From: Elusimicrobiaceae bacterium
GTDB lineage: Bacteria > Elusimicrobiota > Elusimicrobia > Elusimicrobiales > Elusimicrobiaceae
Direction of reading: 5' to 3'
NCBI GenBank assembly: GCA_045643265.1
Contig: JAZUKK010000026.1
Coordinates: forward strand, 9,250 to 73,249
Length of the DNA stretch: 64,000 bases
In this document: in pieces, positions 47,517-57,615 of the stretch
How positions within the stretch are numbered: position 1 is the stretch's first letter
Layout of the letters: each line of letters starts with the position of its first letter
The notes under the pieces: model-generated
Database searches by the model: none
What the model saw: only the letters and a program-made list of their open reading frames with translations
What the model was told of the DNA's origin: nothing
Program-made: the position numbers and the translations under genes

Positions 47517-47965
47517 AAAAACGCACCTTAGCCCTTGTATTTTTTGTACCGTGGGTACTGTTGGCCGGGTGGGTGGTGGGCCTTGCCTGCTTGCGCGCTG
47601 GCGGAAGTGAGGTAACGGTAAGTATTACCGGGTACGATCCGCGCGATTTACTTTCCGGGCGGTATATTGCTTATCAAATTGACTGGGAACAAACAGATTG
47701 CACGCAATTTCCGGGTAAAAAGTGTCCGCCGGGAAAAGAGTTCTGCACCGACGACACTTGGGGCCGTTCCTGCCGTTTTTATATATCGGAAACGTCCGCA
47801 GACGGGCTAGACCGATTGTTCCGCCAACGAAATGAATCGCTCCGTTTTGAAGTGGTTTATTCCTACGCACCGCACAAAAAACCCATTGCCAAAAAGTTAC
47901 TGATCAACGGGCAAAACTGGCAAGATTATTTACGCCAAAACCCCGGACTTGTAAAGGGAAAATAA
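47513..47965 (+). CDS. GDYXXLXY-domain protein
   Basis: GYDPRDLLSGRYIAY motif and an N-terminal TM helix. Typical partner of DUF2157. Confidence 0.8.
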   Translation: MKKRTLALVFFVPWVLLAGWVVGLACLRAGGSEVTVSITGYDPRDLLSGRYIAYQIDWEQTDCTQFPGKKCPPGKEFCTDDTWGRSCRFYISETSADGLDRLFRQRNESLRFEVVYSYAPHKKPIAKKLLINGQNWQDYLRQNPGLVKGK

Positions 47966-48015
47966 CCCCGTCGTTTCACATAACACACGCCTAAGCAAAC
48001 TCATTTATACACAGA

Positions 48016-48043
48016 AAAACGGCCGCGTAAAAGCGGCCGTTTT
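48016..48043. terminator. Bidirectional intrinsic terminator
   Basis: AAAACGGCCGC-gtaaaa-GCGGCCGTTTT. Confidence 0.8.
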
Positions 48044-48064
48044 AGCGTAAACTGGACGACTTGC

Positions 48065-49291
48065 CTATTCGTAGCGTAACGCATCAATAGGCGTTAATTT
48101 AGAGGCCTTATAGGCCGGGTAAAAGCCGAAGAACACACCCGTAGCGGCAGAAAATCCGGCAGATATCAAAATAGACCACACGCTTAAACTGGTTTGCAAG
48201 GACATATATTTAGACACAAACAGCGAAAACAGAATCCCCAGCAAAATACCAATTAAACCGCCCATACAAGACAAGGTAACCGCTTCGCCTAAAAACTGCA
48301 TACGGATATTCCAACTCGTCGCGCCAATAGCCATACGGATACCGATTTCGCGCGTACGTTCGGTGACCGACACTAACATAATGTTCATCACCCCGATACC
48401 ACCCACCACGAGCGAAATAACCCCAATTACCCCTAAAAACAAACTAATCGTGCTAGCGGTACTTTTGGCTTGTTCCACGAACGAGGCCATATCGTCTAAC
48501 TGGAAATCGTCCTTTCCAAGCGGATGGATGCGGTGGGTATTGCGTACCGTATTGGAAATATCTACTTTCATATTTTCAATTCGGTCAAAATCAGCCACTT
48601 TAATCACTACGCGGTCTAATGCGCGGCGGCTGGTACTACTCCAACCGGAACTCATTTTTACTTTTCCGGTCGTGTAGGGAATCAGCGCCCCTTCGTCCAT
48701 ATTAAACCCAAACCCGGTAGAACCCGTTTTTTTGGTAATGCCCACTACGGTAAACGGGATATTATCCAAAACCACCGTTTTATTTAGCGGGTCCACATCC
48801 CCAAAAATAGTTTGGGCCGAAGTGGCCCCTAACACCATAACTTGGGCATAATTGGCAATTTCACGCTCGGTCATTTCGCGCCCTTTTTCTACGACCCAAT
48901 CATACGCCTTAAAAATATCGGTATCGGTAGCCAAAACGCTCAAAGACACGCTCGTATTTTTGTATTTAACATCAAAACTGCGTTGGATATACGGGGCTAC
49001 GGCATCCACGCCTTCCACCTCGCGAATTGCATGCACGTCGTCCATGGTTACGTCTTTGGGGGAAGAAATACTTTCGTCCAAATTCCACGGTTGGCGTAAA
49101 AATAAAATGTTCGTACCCATGTTGGAAAACCGGTCGGTAATGCTCTTTTTCGTGGCCGCCCCAACCGCCAACACCGTAATTACCGCCGCTACCCCGATAA
49201 TGATACCTAAACTCGTCAACGCGGCACGCATTTTGTTAGCCAAGATAGATTTTAAGGAAATTTTGAAAATGGAACAAAAAGAATCCCACAT
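48065..49291 (-). CDS. MacB/FtsX-family ABC permease
   Basis: LTSLGIIIG, GGIGVMNIMLVSVTERTREIGIR and PIDALRYE motifs. Confidence 0.95.
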   Translation of the reverse strand: MWDSFCSIFKISLKSILANKMRAALTSLGIIIGVAAVITVLAVGAATKKSITDRFSNMGTNILFLRQPWNLDESISSPKDVTMDDVHAIREVEGVDAVAPYIQRSFDVKYKNTSVSLSVLATDTDIFKAYDWVVEKGREMTEREIANYAQVMVLGATSAQTIFGDVDPLNKTVVLDNIPFTVVGITKKTGSTGFGFNMDEGALIPYTTGKVKMSSGWSSTSRRALDRVVIKVADFDRIENMKVDISNTVRNTHRIHPLGKDDFQLDDMASFVEQAKSTASTISLFLGVIGVISLVVGGIGVMNIMLVSVTERTREIGIRMAIGATSWNIRMQFLGEAVTLSCMGGLIGILLGILFSLFVSKYMSLQTSLSVWSILISAGFSAATGVFFGFYPAYKASKLTPIDALRYE

Positions 49292-49292
49292 A

Positions 49293-49976
49293 TTATTTTA
49301 CCTCGTCGCTGATTTTGTTGCCGTCTTTGAATTTGATAAGCCGCGACGCATATTCGGCAATATCCGGCTCGTGCGTAATTAAAATGATGGTCTTGCCCAT
49401 TTCTTTATTAAGCCGGGTGAAAAGTTCCATCACTTCAATACTCATTTTAGTATCCAAATTGCCGGTAGGTTCGTCGGCAAAGATAATCGGCGCGTCGCAC
49501 ACTAAACTGCGCGCAATAGCCACACGCTGTTGCTGTCCGCCGGAAAGTTGGTTGGGCAAGTGAAATGCCCGTTTATCCAGGCCGACCGCTTGGAGAGCCG
49601 CCAACGCCTTTTCCCGCCGCTCGTGTGCGGGCGTATGATTATAAATCATGGGCAGTTCTACGTTTTCCACCGCCGTTGTACGCTTAATCAAGTTAAACCC
49701 TTGGAACACAAACCCGATTTTGCGGTTGCGTACACCGGCCAGTTTAGACAAATCAGTCGCGGTTACATCAATACCGTCTAACATATACGAGCCGCTAGTC
49801 GGTTTATCCAAACACCCTAAAATGTTCATAAACGTAGACTTACCCGAACCGGAAGGCCCCATGACCGCCACAAATTCGCCTTTCTCAATAGACACGCTGA
49901 CCCCGTTTAGGGCGCGTACTTCTACATCGCCGAGTTTATAAATTTTATACAAATCACGTGTATCAATCAACGCCAT
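49293..49976 (-). CDS. MacB/LolD-family ABC ATPase
   Basis: GPSGSGKS, LSGGQQQR and FADEPTGNLD motifs. AGGAG precedes MALID. Confidence 0.95.
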   Translation of the reverse strand: MALIDTRDLYKIYKLGDVEVRALNGVSVSIEKGEFVAVMGPSGSGKSTFMNILGCLDKPTSGSYMLDGIDVTATDLSKLAGVRNRKIGFVFQGFNLIKRTTAVENVELPMIYNHTPAHERREKALAALQAVGLDKRAFHLPNQLSGGQQQRVAIARSLVCDAPIIFADEPTGNLDTKMSIEVMELFTRLNKEMGKTIILITHEPDIAEYASRLIKFKDGNKISDEVK

Positions 49977-49992
49977 ACGCGGCTCCTGTATG

Positions 49993-51246
49993 TTAGCGAC
50001 GGCGTCCGCCGTTACCACCGGGCCGGGGAACATTCATAGTCGCGCCCGCCACCGCTTTCAAATTATTTTCACCTACAATAATTTTATCGCCCTCTTGGAT
50101 ATCGCCCGACATAATTTCCGTATTTTTAGCCGCAATAATACCAATCGTTACATCCACGCGTTGGGGTGCTTGCCCGCGTACCGATTTCCACACGCCCGTA
50201 TTTTCGTACGTGCGTTTGTTGGTAGAGGGGGAAAAGCGCAACGCTTCGTTGGGTACCATGAGTACGTCCTCTTTCTGTTGGGTAAAAATCGTCATGGTGG
50301 CGGTCATACCAGGTTTTAACCGCAGGTCCTCGTTGTTCACGTCCACGATAACGGTATAAGAAGTACCGCCCGTTGCAGAAGAAGAATCTACATAATTGGT
50401 GCGGACTTGGCGAACTACCCCTTTGAATTTTTCGCCCATATACCCGTCTAACGTAAATTCGGCCTGTTGTCCGGCCTGTATTTTAACAATATCGGCCTCG
50501 GAGACTTTGGCCTCAATTTGCATTTTGGTTAAATCTTGCGCCACCACAAATAATTCCGGCGTAGAAAACCCGGCCGTAATGGTTTGGCCTTCGCTTACTT
50601 TGCGGGTCAACACGACCCCGTCAATCGGTGAAACGATTTTGGTATTGGAAAGGTTTTTCTCAGCCGTATCTACATTGGCTTGCGCACGGATCACGCTGGC
50701 CTGTGCGGAATTTAACGAACTTTTGGCGTTAGCGTAGGACAATTCATGTTCTTCTAAATCCACTTTAGACACATAATTTTTGTCAAACAAGGCCTGATAA
50801 CGCTCGTAATTTTTCTTCGCCAACCGGTACGATACTTCGGACGACTCCAACCCTTCTTTGGCAGACGATAAACTTGCCCGGGCTTCGGCTAACGACGCCA
50901 AAATTTGCGTTTGGTCAATCACGGCCATTAAATCACCTTTTTTGACTTCGCTGTTATAGTCCACATAAATTTTCAAAATCTCGCCGGAAACCAACGCACC
51001 GACTTGCGTGGTATTCACCGGGTTAATCGGTCCGGACGCTTCCACCATATCGGCGATAGACCCTTTCTTAACCGTTGCCAAGCGAAATTGCGGCGTCGGG
51101 CTACTCTTAACAAAACATCCTTTCAGGCCCCATACCGCCACTAATAATACCGCCAAAACGAGCAGTTTTTTCAACCAGCTCATTGTCCAAAACATGCGCC
51201 ATACACCCACGCAAAAATTTTTTAATTTTACGAATAATTGTTTCAT
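49993..51246 (-). CDS. MacA-like periplasmic adaptor subunit
   Basis: VGALVSG, SPIDGVV, SEADI and LKPGMTA motifs. Confidence 0.93.
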   Translation of the reverse strand: MKQLFVKLKNFCVGVWRMFWTMSWLKKLLVLAVLLVAVWGLKGCFVKSSPTPQFRLATVKKGSIADMVEASGPINPVNTTQVGALVSGEILKIYVDYNSEVKKGDLMAVIDQTQILASLAEARASLSSAKEGLESSEVSYRLAKKNYERYQALFDKNYVSKVDLEEHELSYANAKSSLNSAQASVIRAQANVDTAEKNLSNTKIVSPIDGVVLTRKVSEGQTITAGFSTPELFVVAQDLTKMQIEAKVSEADIVKIQAGQQAEFTLDGYMGEKFKGVVRQVRTNYVDSSSATGGTSYTVIVDVNNEDLRLKPGMTATMTIFTQQKEDVLMVPNEALRFSPSTNKRTYENTGVWKSVRGQAPQRVDVTIGIIAAKNTEIMSGDIQEGDKIIVGENNLKAVAGATMNVPRPGGNGGRRR

Positions 51247-51247
51247 A

Positions 51248-52627
51248 TCAGTTAGTCCCCATTGCTTGTTTCAAATCGGCCACGGCCGACGCATAATCAT
51301 ACCGTGCGGTCAGTAAACTCAGTTCCGCATCCGTATAAGCCACTTCCGCATCTTTTAATTCAATAACATCTCCGATACCTTCGTTATAGCGGCCTTGGGA
51401 AAGCTCCAAATTTTCTTTGGCTTTTTCCACGTTCAGTTCAGCCAGCGGGATACTTTCCGCGGCTTCCTGCATGGCGATATAAGCGTTTTGCACCTCTAAA
51501 AAGACATCATTAAGTAAACTGCGGTTAGAGTTATTGATTCTTTCTAAATTTAACTGCGCCTGTTTGACGCTGTTGTACGTTTTGAACGCACTGAAAATCG
51601 GCACGTCCACCGACAACATCAACTTTGTTTCTTCGTTATCCAAACGCAAATCGTCGCTGTATTTACTAAATCCGGCCGAAAACGAAAACGTCGGGAAGTA
51701 ACCGGCTTTGGCCTGGTTAACTCTAATTTGGCCGATCTTGGCATTTGTTTTGGACGATAAAACATCCGGCCGGTTTTCGTAAGCAGTTTTAACTGCCTCG
51801 TTAAAGGGCATATCCAGGGGTTGCACGTCCGTTACTTGCACGACTTTCAACTGCCGGGGGGTGGTAATCCCCAACGTATTAGCCAAATTGGCAGACGTCG
51901 TTTTGACTAAATTTTGTGCGCGGATGAGGCGCAACTTTTCGTTATTCAAATTGACTTCCGCCGTCGTAACATCTATTTTCGGGCGCATCCCTTGGTTATA
52001 AAATTCGGCGGCGCGGTCGTACTGTTCTTGGTACAAATCGCGCGACTGGGTGCGAATAGCCACCGCGCGCTGGGCAGAAGCCAACGCGTAATAAGCCTTT
52101 TTAACATTACGGGCAATGGAATTGGTTTGGTTGGTCAAATCTAACTTGGCCTGCTCCAACTGCATATTGCTGATTTTAACCGCGCGGACTTTATCGGTAA
52201 ATCCGGAAATGGCTAATTGCGCTTGCGCTTGCGCGTTGTGCGTGCCAAAGTCGGACGTCGATTGTCCGGCCGGATTAGACACGGTGTAACCTTGCGAAGC
52301 TCCGGCCTTAACCGTCGGCAAAAACTCGCCGCGGGCTAAATTAACTTGCACTTGCGCTTCTTGCACCGCCAGTTGCGAACTCACCACTTTAGGACTACGC
52401 GCCAGCGCGATACGGATACAATCTTCTACCGTCAGCGTATCGGCGAGCAATGCGTCTATTTCTTCTTTGGTGGCCGGAGTCAGGCGCAAAGGGTCTTTGT
52501 CCTGCTCCGTTGCGTCCTGCGCGTACAGCCCCGCGGCGTACAACAAATCGTCCGCCGAGCGCACGTCAGATGCGAGCACAATAAACAAGCCAAAAAATAA
52601 AAATAAAGTTATTTTTCTCATATACAT
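51248..52627 (-). CDS. TolC-family outer membrane efflux protein
   Basis: Two OEP repeats (FLPTV, RPDV, YFPT, RYNEG). Confidence 0.92.
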   Translation of the reverse strand: MYMRKITLFLFFGLFIVLASDVRSADDLLYAAGLYAQDATEQDKDPLRLTPATKEEIDALLADTLTVEDCIRIALARSPKVVSSQLAVQEAQVQVNLARGEFLPTVKAGASQGYTVSNPAGQSTSDFGTHNAQAQAQLAISGFTDKVRAVKISNMQLEQAKLDLTNQTNSIARNVKKAYYALASAQRAVAIRTQSRDLYQEQYDRAAEFYNQGMRPKIDVTTAEVNLNNEKLRLIRAQNLVKTTSANLANTLGITTPRQLKVVQVTDVQPLDMPFNEAVKTAYENRPDVLSSKTNAKIGQIRVNQAKAGYFPTFSFSAGFSKYSDDLRLDNEETKLMLSVDVPIFSAFKTYNSVKQAQLNLERINNSNRSLLNDVFLEVQNAYIAMQEAAESIPLAELNVEKAKENLELSQGRYNEGIGDVIELKDAEVAYTDAELSLLTARYDYASAVADLKQAMGTN

Positions 52628-52716
52628 TATTATACAAATTTCGTAAAAAATTAAGTACGGCCTACTTATATTACAACCCCGCCCGCTACTTTTTTATTGC
52701 ACCGTTATAAAGAAAC

Positions 52717-53290
52717 GTACGGGTTGACAGCACTTTTGCCTTTGACGTCACCCTGAAACTCTGCGGGCCGCCGATTCAGGATCTCACCTTATTGTATGAA
52801 CGGCGAGATGCTGAAACAAGTTCAGCATGACGGCATTTTGGAGTTACGGGATGACAGCATAAAATAAAGTCATTCACGAAATTTGTAATCGGGAATCTCC
52901 ACCGCTTTAGAACAACTATAAGGAGGAGATCCCCGATAGAAACATTCGGGGATGACGATAGAAGAAGGACAACGGCAAAAAATAATGTCATTCCAAACTT
53001 GATTTGGAATCCCACCTTGTTGTAGAAAACAACGAGATCCCGTATCAAGTACGGGATGACAGCACTTTGGGTGTACGGGATGACAATATAAAATAAAAAG
53101 CCGTCCTGCTGGATAAAAAACAGGGTCATGCTGAACTTGTTTCAGCATCCGTCGTTATAATAACGGCAACAACAGACCCTGAATCAAGTTCAGGGTGACG
53201 GCTAGGGAGCAAACAACGAGATCCCGTATCAAGTACGGGTTGACGGCACTTTTTGCCTTTGTCGTCACCCTGAAACCCTGTGGCCCGCAG
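52717..53290. repeat. Large REP-like cluster (about 13 units) bounded by direct repeats of about 55 bp
   Basis: Hairpins at 52746, 52806, 52869, 52927, 52986, 53035, 53124, 53174, 53219 and others. 52717-52771 is nearly identical to 53233-53288. Confidence 0.9.
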
Positions 53291-53340
53291 GTTATGGGGG
53301 GATGTTCCACTACCGCTGGCAAGTTATATATAATATAAAT

Positions 53341-53673
53341 ATGTTAAAACCAATTATCCTACTGTGTATTGCTAACCTGTTTATGACGGTGGCATGGTAC
53401 GGACATCTTAAATTCAAAAATGCCGCGTTGTGGCTAGTAATTATCGCCAGTTGGGCGATTGCCTTTGTAGAGTATTGCTTTCAAGTGCCCGCTAACCGGA
53501 TGGGAGCGCAGTATTTTTCCGTTACGCAATTAAAAGTAATGCAAGAAGTAATTACGCTACTGGTATTTGCCGGATTTTCCGCCGTTTATTTTAAGGAAAG
53601 TTTTAAGTGGAATCACCTGGTCGGTTTTTTATGTCTGGTAGCCGCCGTATTTTTTGTGTTCAAAAAATGGTAA
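53341..53673 (+). CDS. Small DMT-family protein (DUF486-like)
   Basis: FMTVAWYGHLK, EYCFQVPANR and QLKVMQEVITL motifs. Confidence 0.9.
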   Translation: MLKPIILLCIANLFMTVAWYGHLKFKNAALWLVIIASWAIAFVEYCFQVPANRMGAQYFSVTQLKVMQEVITLLVFAGFSAVYFKESFKWNHLVGFLCLVAAVFFVFKKW

Positions 53674-53706
53674 TCTATTGCGCCATACATAAACTATAAT
53701 AAGAGT

Positions 53707-54231
53707 ATGAAAAACAAACACAGATTATTTATCAAAATGGCAGAACTGGTGGAGCAACAATCTACCTGTTCACGTTTACAAGTCGGCGCGGTGTTAGTGA
53801 AAGAAAACCGCGTCATCAGCATTGGTTTTAACGGTACCGCTTCGGGCCAACAACATTGCGAAGACTATTTCAAAGAACTTTACGAGAAAGAATATAAACA
53901 AGAATTTCCCACGCTAAAAGACTTTATGGCCAGCCGCACCTTTTACGATTTGCACGGCAAATTCTCTATTGATAACGAATTGCACGCCGAGCAGAACGCT
54001 ATTTCCTTTGCGGCCAAAAACGGTATCGCCACGCAAGGGGGGACAATTTATGTAACGTGGTCGCCCTGTGTGCATTGTGCTAAAGTAATTGTCAGCGCGG
54101 GCATTAAAAAAGTATTTTTCAAAAACTTATATGACCGCAGCCAAGAGGGCATTTATTTCCTACAAAGAAACGGGATTGAATGCCGCCAACTCACCCCTCA
54201 AGATTTAGACGAGTGTGTGCATCCCTGCTAA
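53707..54231 (+). CDS. dCMP deaminase (ComEB/DctD family)
   Basis: STCSRLQVGAV, GFNG, HAEQNA and PCVHC motifs. Confidence 0.92.
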   Translation: MKNKHRLFIKMAELVEQQSTCSRLQVGAVLVKENRVISIGFNGTASGQQHCEDYFKELYEKEYKQEFPTLKDFMASRTFYDLHGKFSIDNELHAEQNAISFAAKNGIATQGGTIYVTWSPCVHCAKVIVSAGIKKVFFKNLYDRSQEGIYFLQRNGIECRQLTPQDLDECVHPC

Positions 54232-54250
54232 ATTTACTATAATATAATAT

Positions 54251-54910
54251 ATGAAAAACCAAACTACCGCTGCCGCGGAGAATAAAGATTTTTTAACGGA
54301 GTTCTTAACCAAGTCCGTCCGTTTCTGTAAACAACACCGCAAGCCCGTGCTTGCCACCGTAGTAATTGTCATCCTGTTAGGTGTAGGGATTTCTTGCTAT
54401 GTTAATCATTGTAAACAAGTAACCGAGGACTCTTGGGCCGCCTATTACAACGCGCAAATTGCGTTCTTGCAAGAAGGCCAAGAAGCCGCTTTTGCCCAAT
54501 TAGATACATTGACTAGCGACTTCAAAGGCACTCCGGCTGCCGCGTATGCCCAACTGTTAAAAGCAAACCTTTTGTACGCGCAAGAAAATTTTGCGCAAGC
54601 CGCCACTATATATAAGGAACTGGCGAACCACAAAAACGAAACGGTCCGCACCGAAGCCGCCCTTTCGCATGCGGCCGCGTTGCAAGCCGCCAAAGATTAT
54701 AACGGTTCTATTCAAGCGGCGAAAAGTTTTATTGAAAAAAATTCCAAAAGTTTTGCGCTTCCGCAAGCGTATTTGACGCTCGCCATGAGCCAAGAACTCG
54801 CCGGGGACAAACCCGCCGCCTTGGAAAGTTACAAATATCTCTTGGAAAATTACACTAAAACCTACTTTGGCACACTGGCTAAAGATAAAATCTCACAATT
54901 ACAGAAATAG
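54251..54910 (+). CDS. Membrane-anchored TPR protein (YfgM-like)
   Basis: N-terminal TM helix and TPR-like helices (AYAQLLKANLLY, PQAYLTLA). Confidence 0.75.
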   Translation: MKNQTTAAAENKDFLTEFLTKSVRFCKQHRKPVLATVVIVILLGVGISCYVNHCKQVTEDSWAAYYNAQIAFLQEGQEAAFAQLDTLTSDFKGTPAAAYAQLLKANLLYAQENFAQAATIYKELANHKNETVRTEAALSHAAALQAAKDYNGSIQAAKSFIEKNSKSFALPQAYLTLAMSQELAGDKPAALESYKYLLENYTKTYFGTLAKDKISQLQK

Positions 54911-54991
54911 AAATCAAAAAACACCCGTTTTATCGGCTTTGTAGCGAGAAATGGGTGTTTTCTCGTCTTAAAATTCAATAAAGGAAGTCTT

Positions 54992-56245
54992 ATGAAAAAA
55001 ATAGTTACACTAATATGTACCCTTCTGCTGACCGAGTTGTCTTTCGGCGCAGGATTTGCCCTGTATGAATTCAGTGGCCGTTCTACCGCTATGGGTGGAG
55101 CCGTAATAGCTAATAAGGCAGAGCCGGCCTCTTTGGCACTCAACCCTTCTCTCATTACCGAGTTAGAAGGTATGCAAATGCAAACCAACGTAACGGCGGT
55201 TCGCCCGCATGCTACCGCTAGCGTAAACGGAGACGCCCGCGATATTAAAGACAAGAATTGGTTTTTACCCAGTTTATATTTAACGCACAAATGGAGTGAG
55301 GACATTTCCTTCGGGTTAGGCGTATTTTCCCGCTACGGGCTCGGCGGAACATACGAAAATCACGCCGGATGGACGGGATCTTATTTGGCCTATGAAGTAA
55401 GTTTGGAAACTATTTCCATTACTCCGGAACTTGCCGTTAAAGCAAGTGATGAACTCTCTTTGGCCATGGGGCTAGAAGCCATGACCATTAAATTTAATCA
55501 AAAATTAACAAACTCAGAAACAACAGATACTGATATTCCAAAACCAAACTTTGGCAAAGATTTTGAAATGGAAGGCGACGGCATCAGTTGGGGGGGAAAT
55601 TTCTCCTTAAATTACCACCCACAATGGGCCCCTAAGTGGAAATTTGGCGCCGCCTATAAAACCAAAATCAAACACAATATGAAGGGCTCTTTTCGCACCC
55701 AAGACCCCACTTGGGGAAACAATCTAGACGATTATATACATACCGGTCCGGTCAATGGGGCGATTAACTTTCCGGACAGTGTATCGGCGGGACTTTCTTT
55801 TACTCCAACAGAAGACTGGATTTTAGAAGCCGGCATTGTGGGTACATTTTGGAGTGCGTATGATCAGCTCGTCATTGAATACAGAGATACCGAACAAGCG
55901 CCTGAAATCCGTAACAAAAAATTGTACAAAGATGTGTACCGCTTAAATTTGGGGGTGGAGCATAAACTCAATGAAAACTGGGCCTTTCGCGGTAGCTATG
56001 TATATGATAAATCGCCCATTAACGAAAAAGCCATGGACACCCTTTTACCGGTGGATGACCGCCATATTGTCAGCGTAGGGCTTGGTTATCAAACAGATAC
56101 TTGGAGCGCTGACTTTGCTTATTCACACATTTTTTCTAAGGACTTAAAAGGCAAAAGTTACCCGAAGAAGGGACATTCCTTTGATATGGAATACACCAAT
56201 GGTAGCAGTGACATATTGGCGCTGTCCTTCGGTTATAAATTCTAG
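54992..56245 (+). CDS. FadL/OmpP1 outer membrane transporter
   Basis: GAGFALYEFSG...AMGG, NPS and RYGLG motifs, with a C-terminal GYKF. Confidence 0.92.
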   Translation: MKKIVTLICTLLLTELSFGAGFALYEFSGRSTAMGGAVIANKAEPASLALNPSLITELEGMQMQTNVTAVRPHATASVNGDARDIKDKNWFLPSLYLTHKWSEDISFGLGVFSRYGLGGTYENHAGWTGSYLAYEVSLETISITPELAVKASDELSLAMGLEAMTIKFNQKLTNSETTDTDIPKPNFGKDFEMEGDGISWGGNFSLNYHPQWAPKWKFGAAYKTKIKHNMKGSFRTQDPTWGNNLDDYIHTGPVNGAINFPDSVSAGLSFTPTEDWILEAGIVGTFWSAYDQLVIEYRDTEQAPEIRNKKLYKDVYRLNLGVEHKLNENWAFRGSYVYDKSPINEKAMDTLLPVDDRHIVSVGLGYQTDTWSADFAYSHIFSKDLKGKSYPKKGHSFDMEYTNGSSDILALSFGYKF

Positions 56246-56262
56246 TATTAGCCGTATAGTAT

Positions 56263-56292
56263 AAAAACCCATCCGCAAGGGTGGGTTTTTTT
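56263..56292 (+). terminator. Intrinsic terminator
   Basis: ACCCATCC-gcaa-GGGTGGGT followed by a T-run. Confidence 0.75.
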
Positions 56293-56328
56293 CGTATAAT
56301 AATTGAACCCAAAGGGGAGGAACGTAAA

Positions 56329-57291
56329 ATGAAAAATTGCGAAACGAACGACCGTAAAGTAGCCGTTATCGGCTGTGGGTTTGTAGGAGCCGCGAGCGCG
56401 TTTGCGCTTATGCAAAGCGGACTTTTTAGTGAAATGGTATTACTAGACGCCAACCAAAGCAAGGCAGAGGGCGAAGCCATGGACATTTCCCACGGCGAGG
56501 CCTACGCCCGCCCCATGAAAATTTACGCTGGCACCTATGACGATATCACCGACGCGGCGATTATCATTATTACCGCCGGAGCCAACCAAAAACCGGGCGA
56601 AACGCGTTTAGATTTAGTGCAAAAAAATGTGGGCATTTTCAAAACGATTATCCCGGAAATCAAAAAACGCAATTACAAAGGCATTTTGCTCGTCGTAGCC
56701 AACCCGGTGGATATTCTTACCTATACCGCGCTAAAATTAAGCGGACTACCCGAAAACCGCGTAATCGGTTCGGGTACTGTATTAGACACGGCACGCTTTC
56801 GTGAAATTTTAGGCAACCATTTAGAGGTAGATGCCCGCAGTGTACACGCGTTTATCGTGGGCGAACATGGCGACAGCGAAATTGCCGTTTGGAGTACAGC
56901 CAATGTGGCAGGTGTACCGATACACAAATTTTGCAGTTTGCGCGGATTTCATAATCACGACGAGCAAATGAAAAAAATTGCGGAGGAAGTTAAACAAAGC
57001 GCGTACGAAATTATCAAGCGCAAAAAAGCCACTTACTTCGGTATTGCTATGGCGGTAAAGCGGATATGCGAAGCGATCGTGCGCGACGAAAAATCAGTAC
57101 TGCCCGTTTCTAATTTAATGCACGGCGCGTACGGTATTAACGATATTACATTAAGTATGCCCGCCGTCGTTGGCCGTAACGGGGTGGAACTCCAAATGCC
57201 GATTTCCTTAGACGGCAACGAGGCCTTGGCGTTAAAGGCGTCTGCCGACATGCTAAAAAAAATTGCCAAAGAATCCGGCGTAGAAAATTAA
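56329..57291 (+). CDS. ldh: L-lactate dehydrogenase
   Basis: GCGFVG, GANQKPGETRLDL, ANPVD, LDTAR, GEHGDS and ATYFG motifs. Confidence 0.94.
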   Translation: MKNCETNDRKVAVIGCGFVGAASAFALMQSGLFSEMVLLDANQSKAEGEAMDISHGEAYARPMKIYAGTYDDITDAAIIIITAGANQKPGETRLDLVQKNVGIFKTIIPEIKKRNYKGILLVVANPVDILTYTALKLSGLPENRVIGSGTVLDTARFREILGNHLEVDARSVHAFIVGEHGDSEIAVWSTANVAGVPIHKFCSLRGFHNHDEQMKKIAEEVKQSAYEIIKRKKATYFGIAMAVKRICEAIVRDEKSVLPVSNLMHGAYGINDITLSMPAVVGRNGVELQMPISLDGNEALALKASADMLKKIAKESGVEN

Positions 57292-57453
57292 ATTTATTAG
57301 TGGATATAACCGCTAATTAAAATTAGTATAATAAGTGGGTCAGGCGGTTTTTACTGCCTGGCCTATAATTTATTCTGTTTTTTTGGGAATCTGCAAAGAT
57401 TACGGTTTTGCGATGAGCAAAACAGTACACAAACCAAAAAACAGTCGTTATAA

Positions 57454-57572
57454 AAGCATAAGATAAACGGCCTAATTACCCGATTATTTTATGCTTAATG
57501 TCTGCCGTTTGCAAAAACGGCAGACTACGGCTGTTGTTTTATGCGTTTGTGTACTCATAAAGCAACGGCCGT
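57454..57572 (+). other. Three tandem hairpins in the leader of the methylase operon
   Basis: Stems 57454-57466/57484-57496, 57500-57510/57515-57525 and 57527-57543/57556-57572. TATAAT boxes at 57327 and 57364. Confidence 0.5.
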
Positions 57573-57615
57573 TTTTTATGGCTATATTCCCGAAAACAAA
57601 AAGGGAGTAGGGAAT

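Noticed and set aside
52776-53148. ORFs 52776-53129 and 52870-53148, and similar ones at 16807-17094, 60947-61186 and 63248-63445
   Set aside because: They are translations of REP arrays (VIPYLIRD, MLKQVQHD, RHAELVSAS) with no RBS and no domain.
52717-53290. REP arrays as CRISPR arrays
   Set aside because: Units vary in sequence and orientation, spacers are conserved between loci rather than unique, and there is no cas1/cas2.
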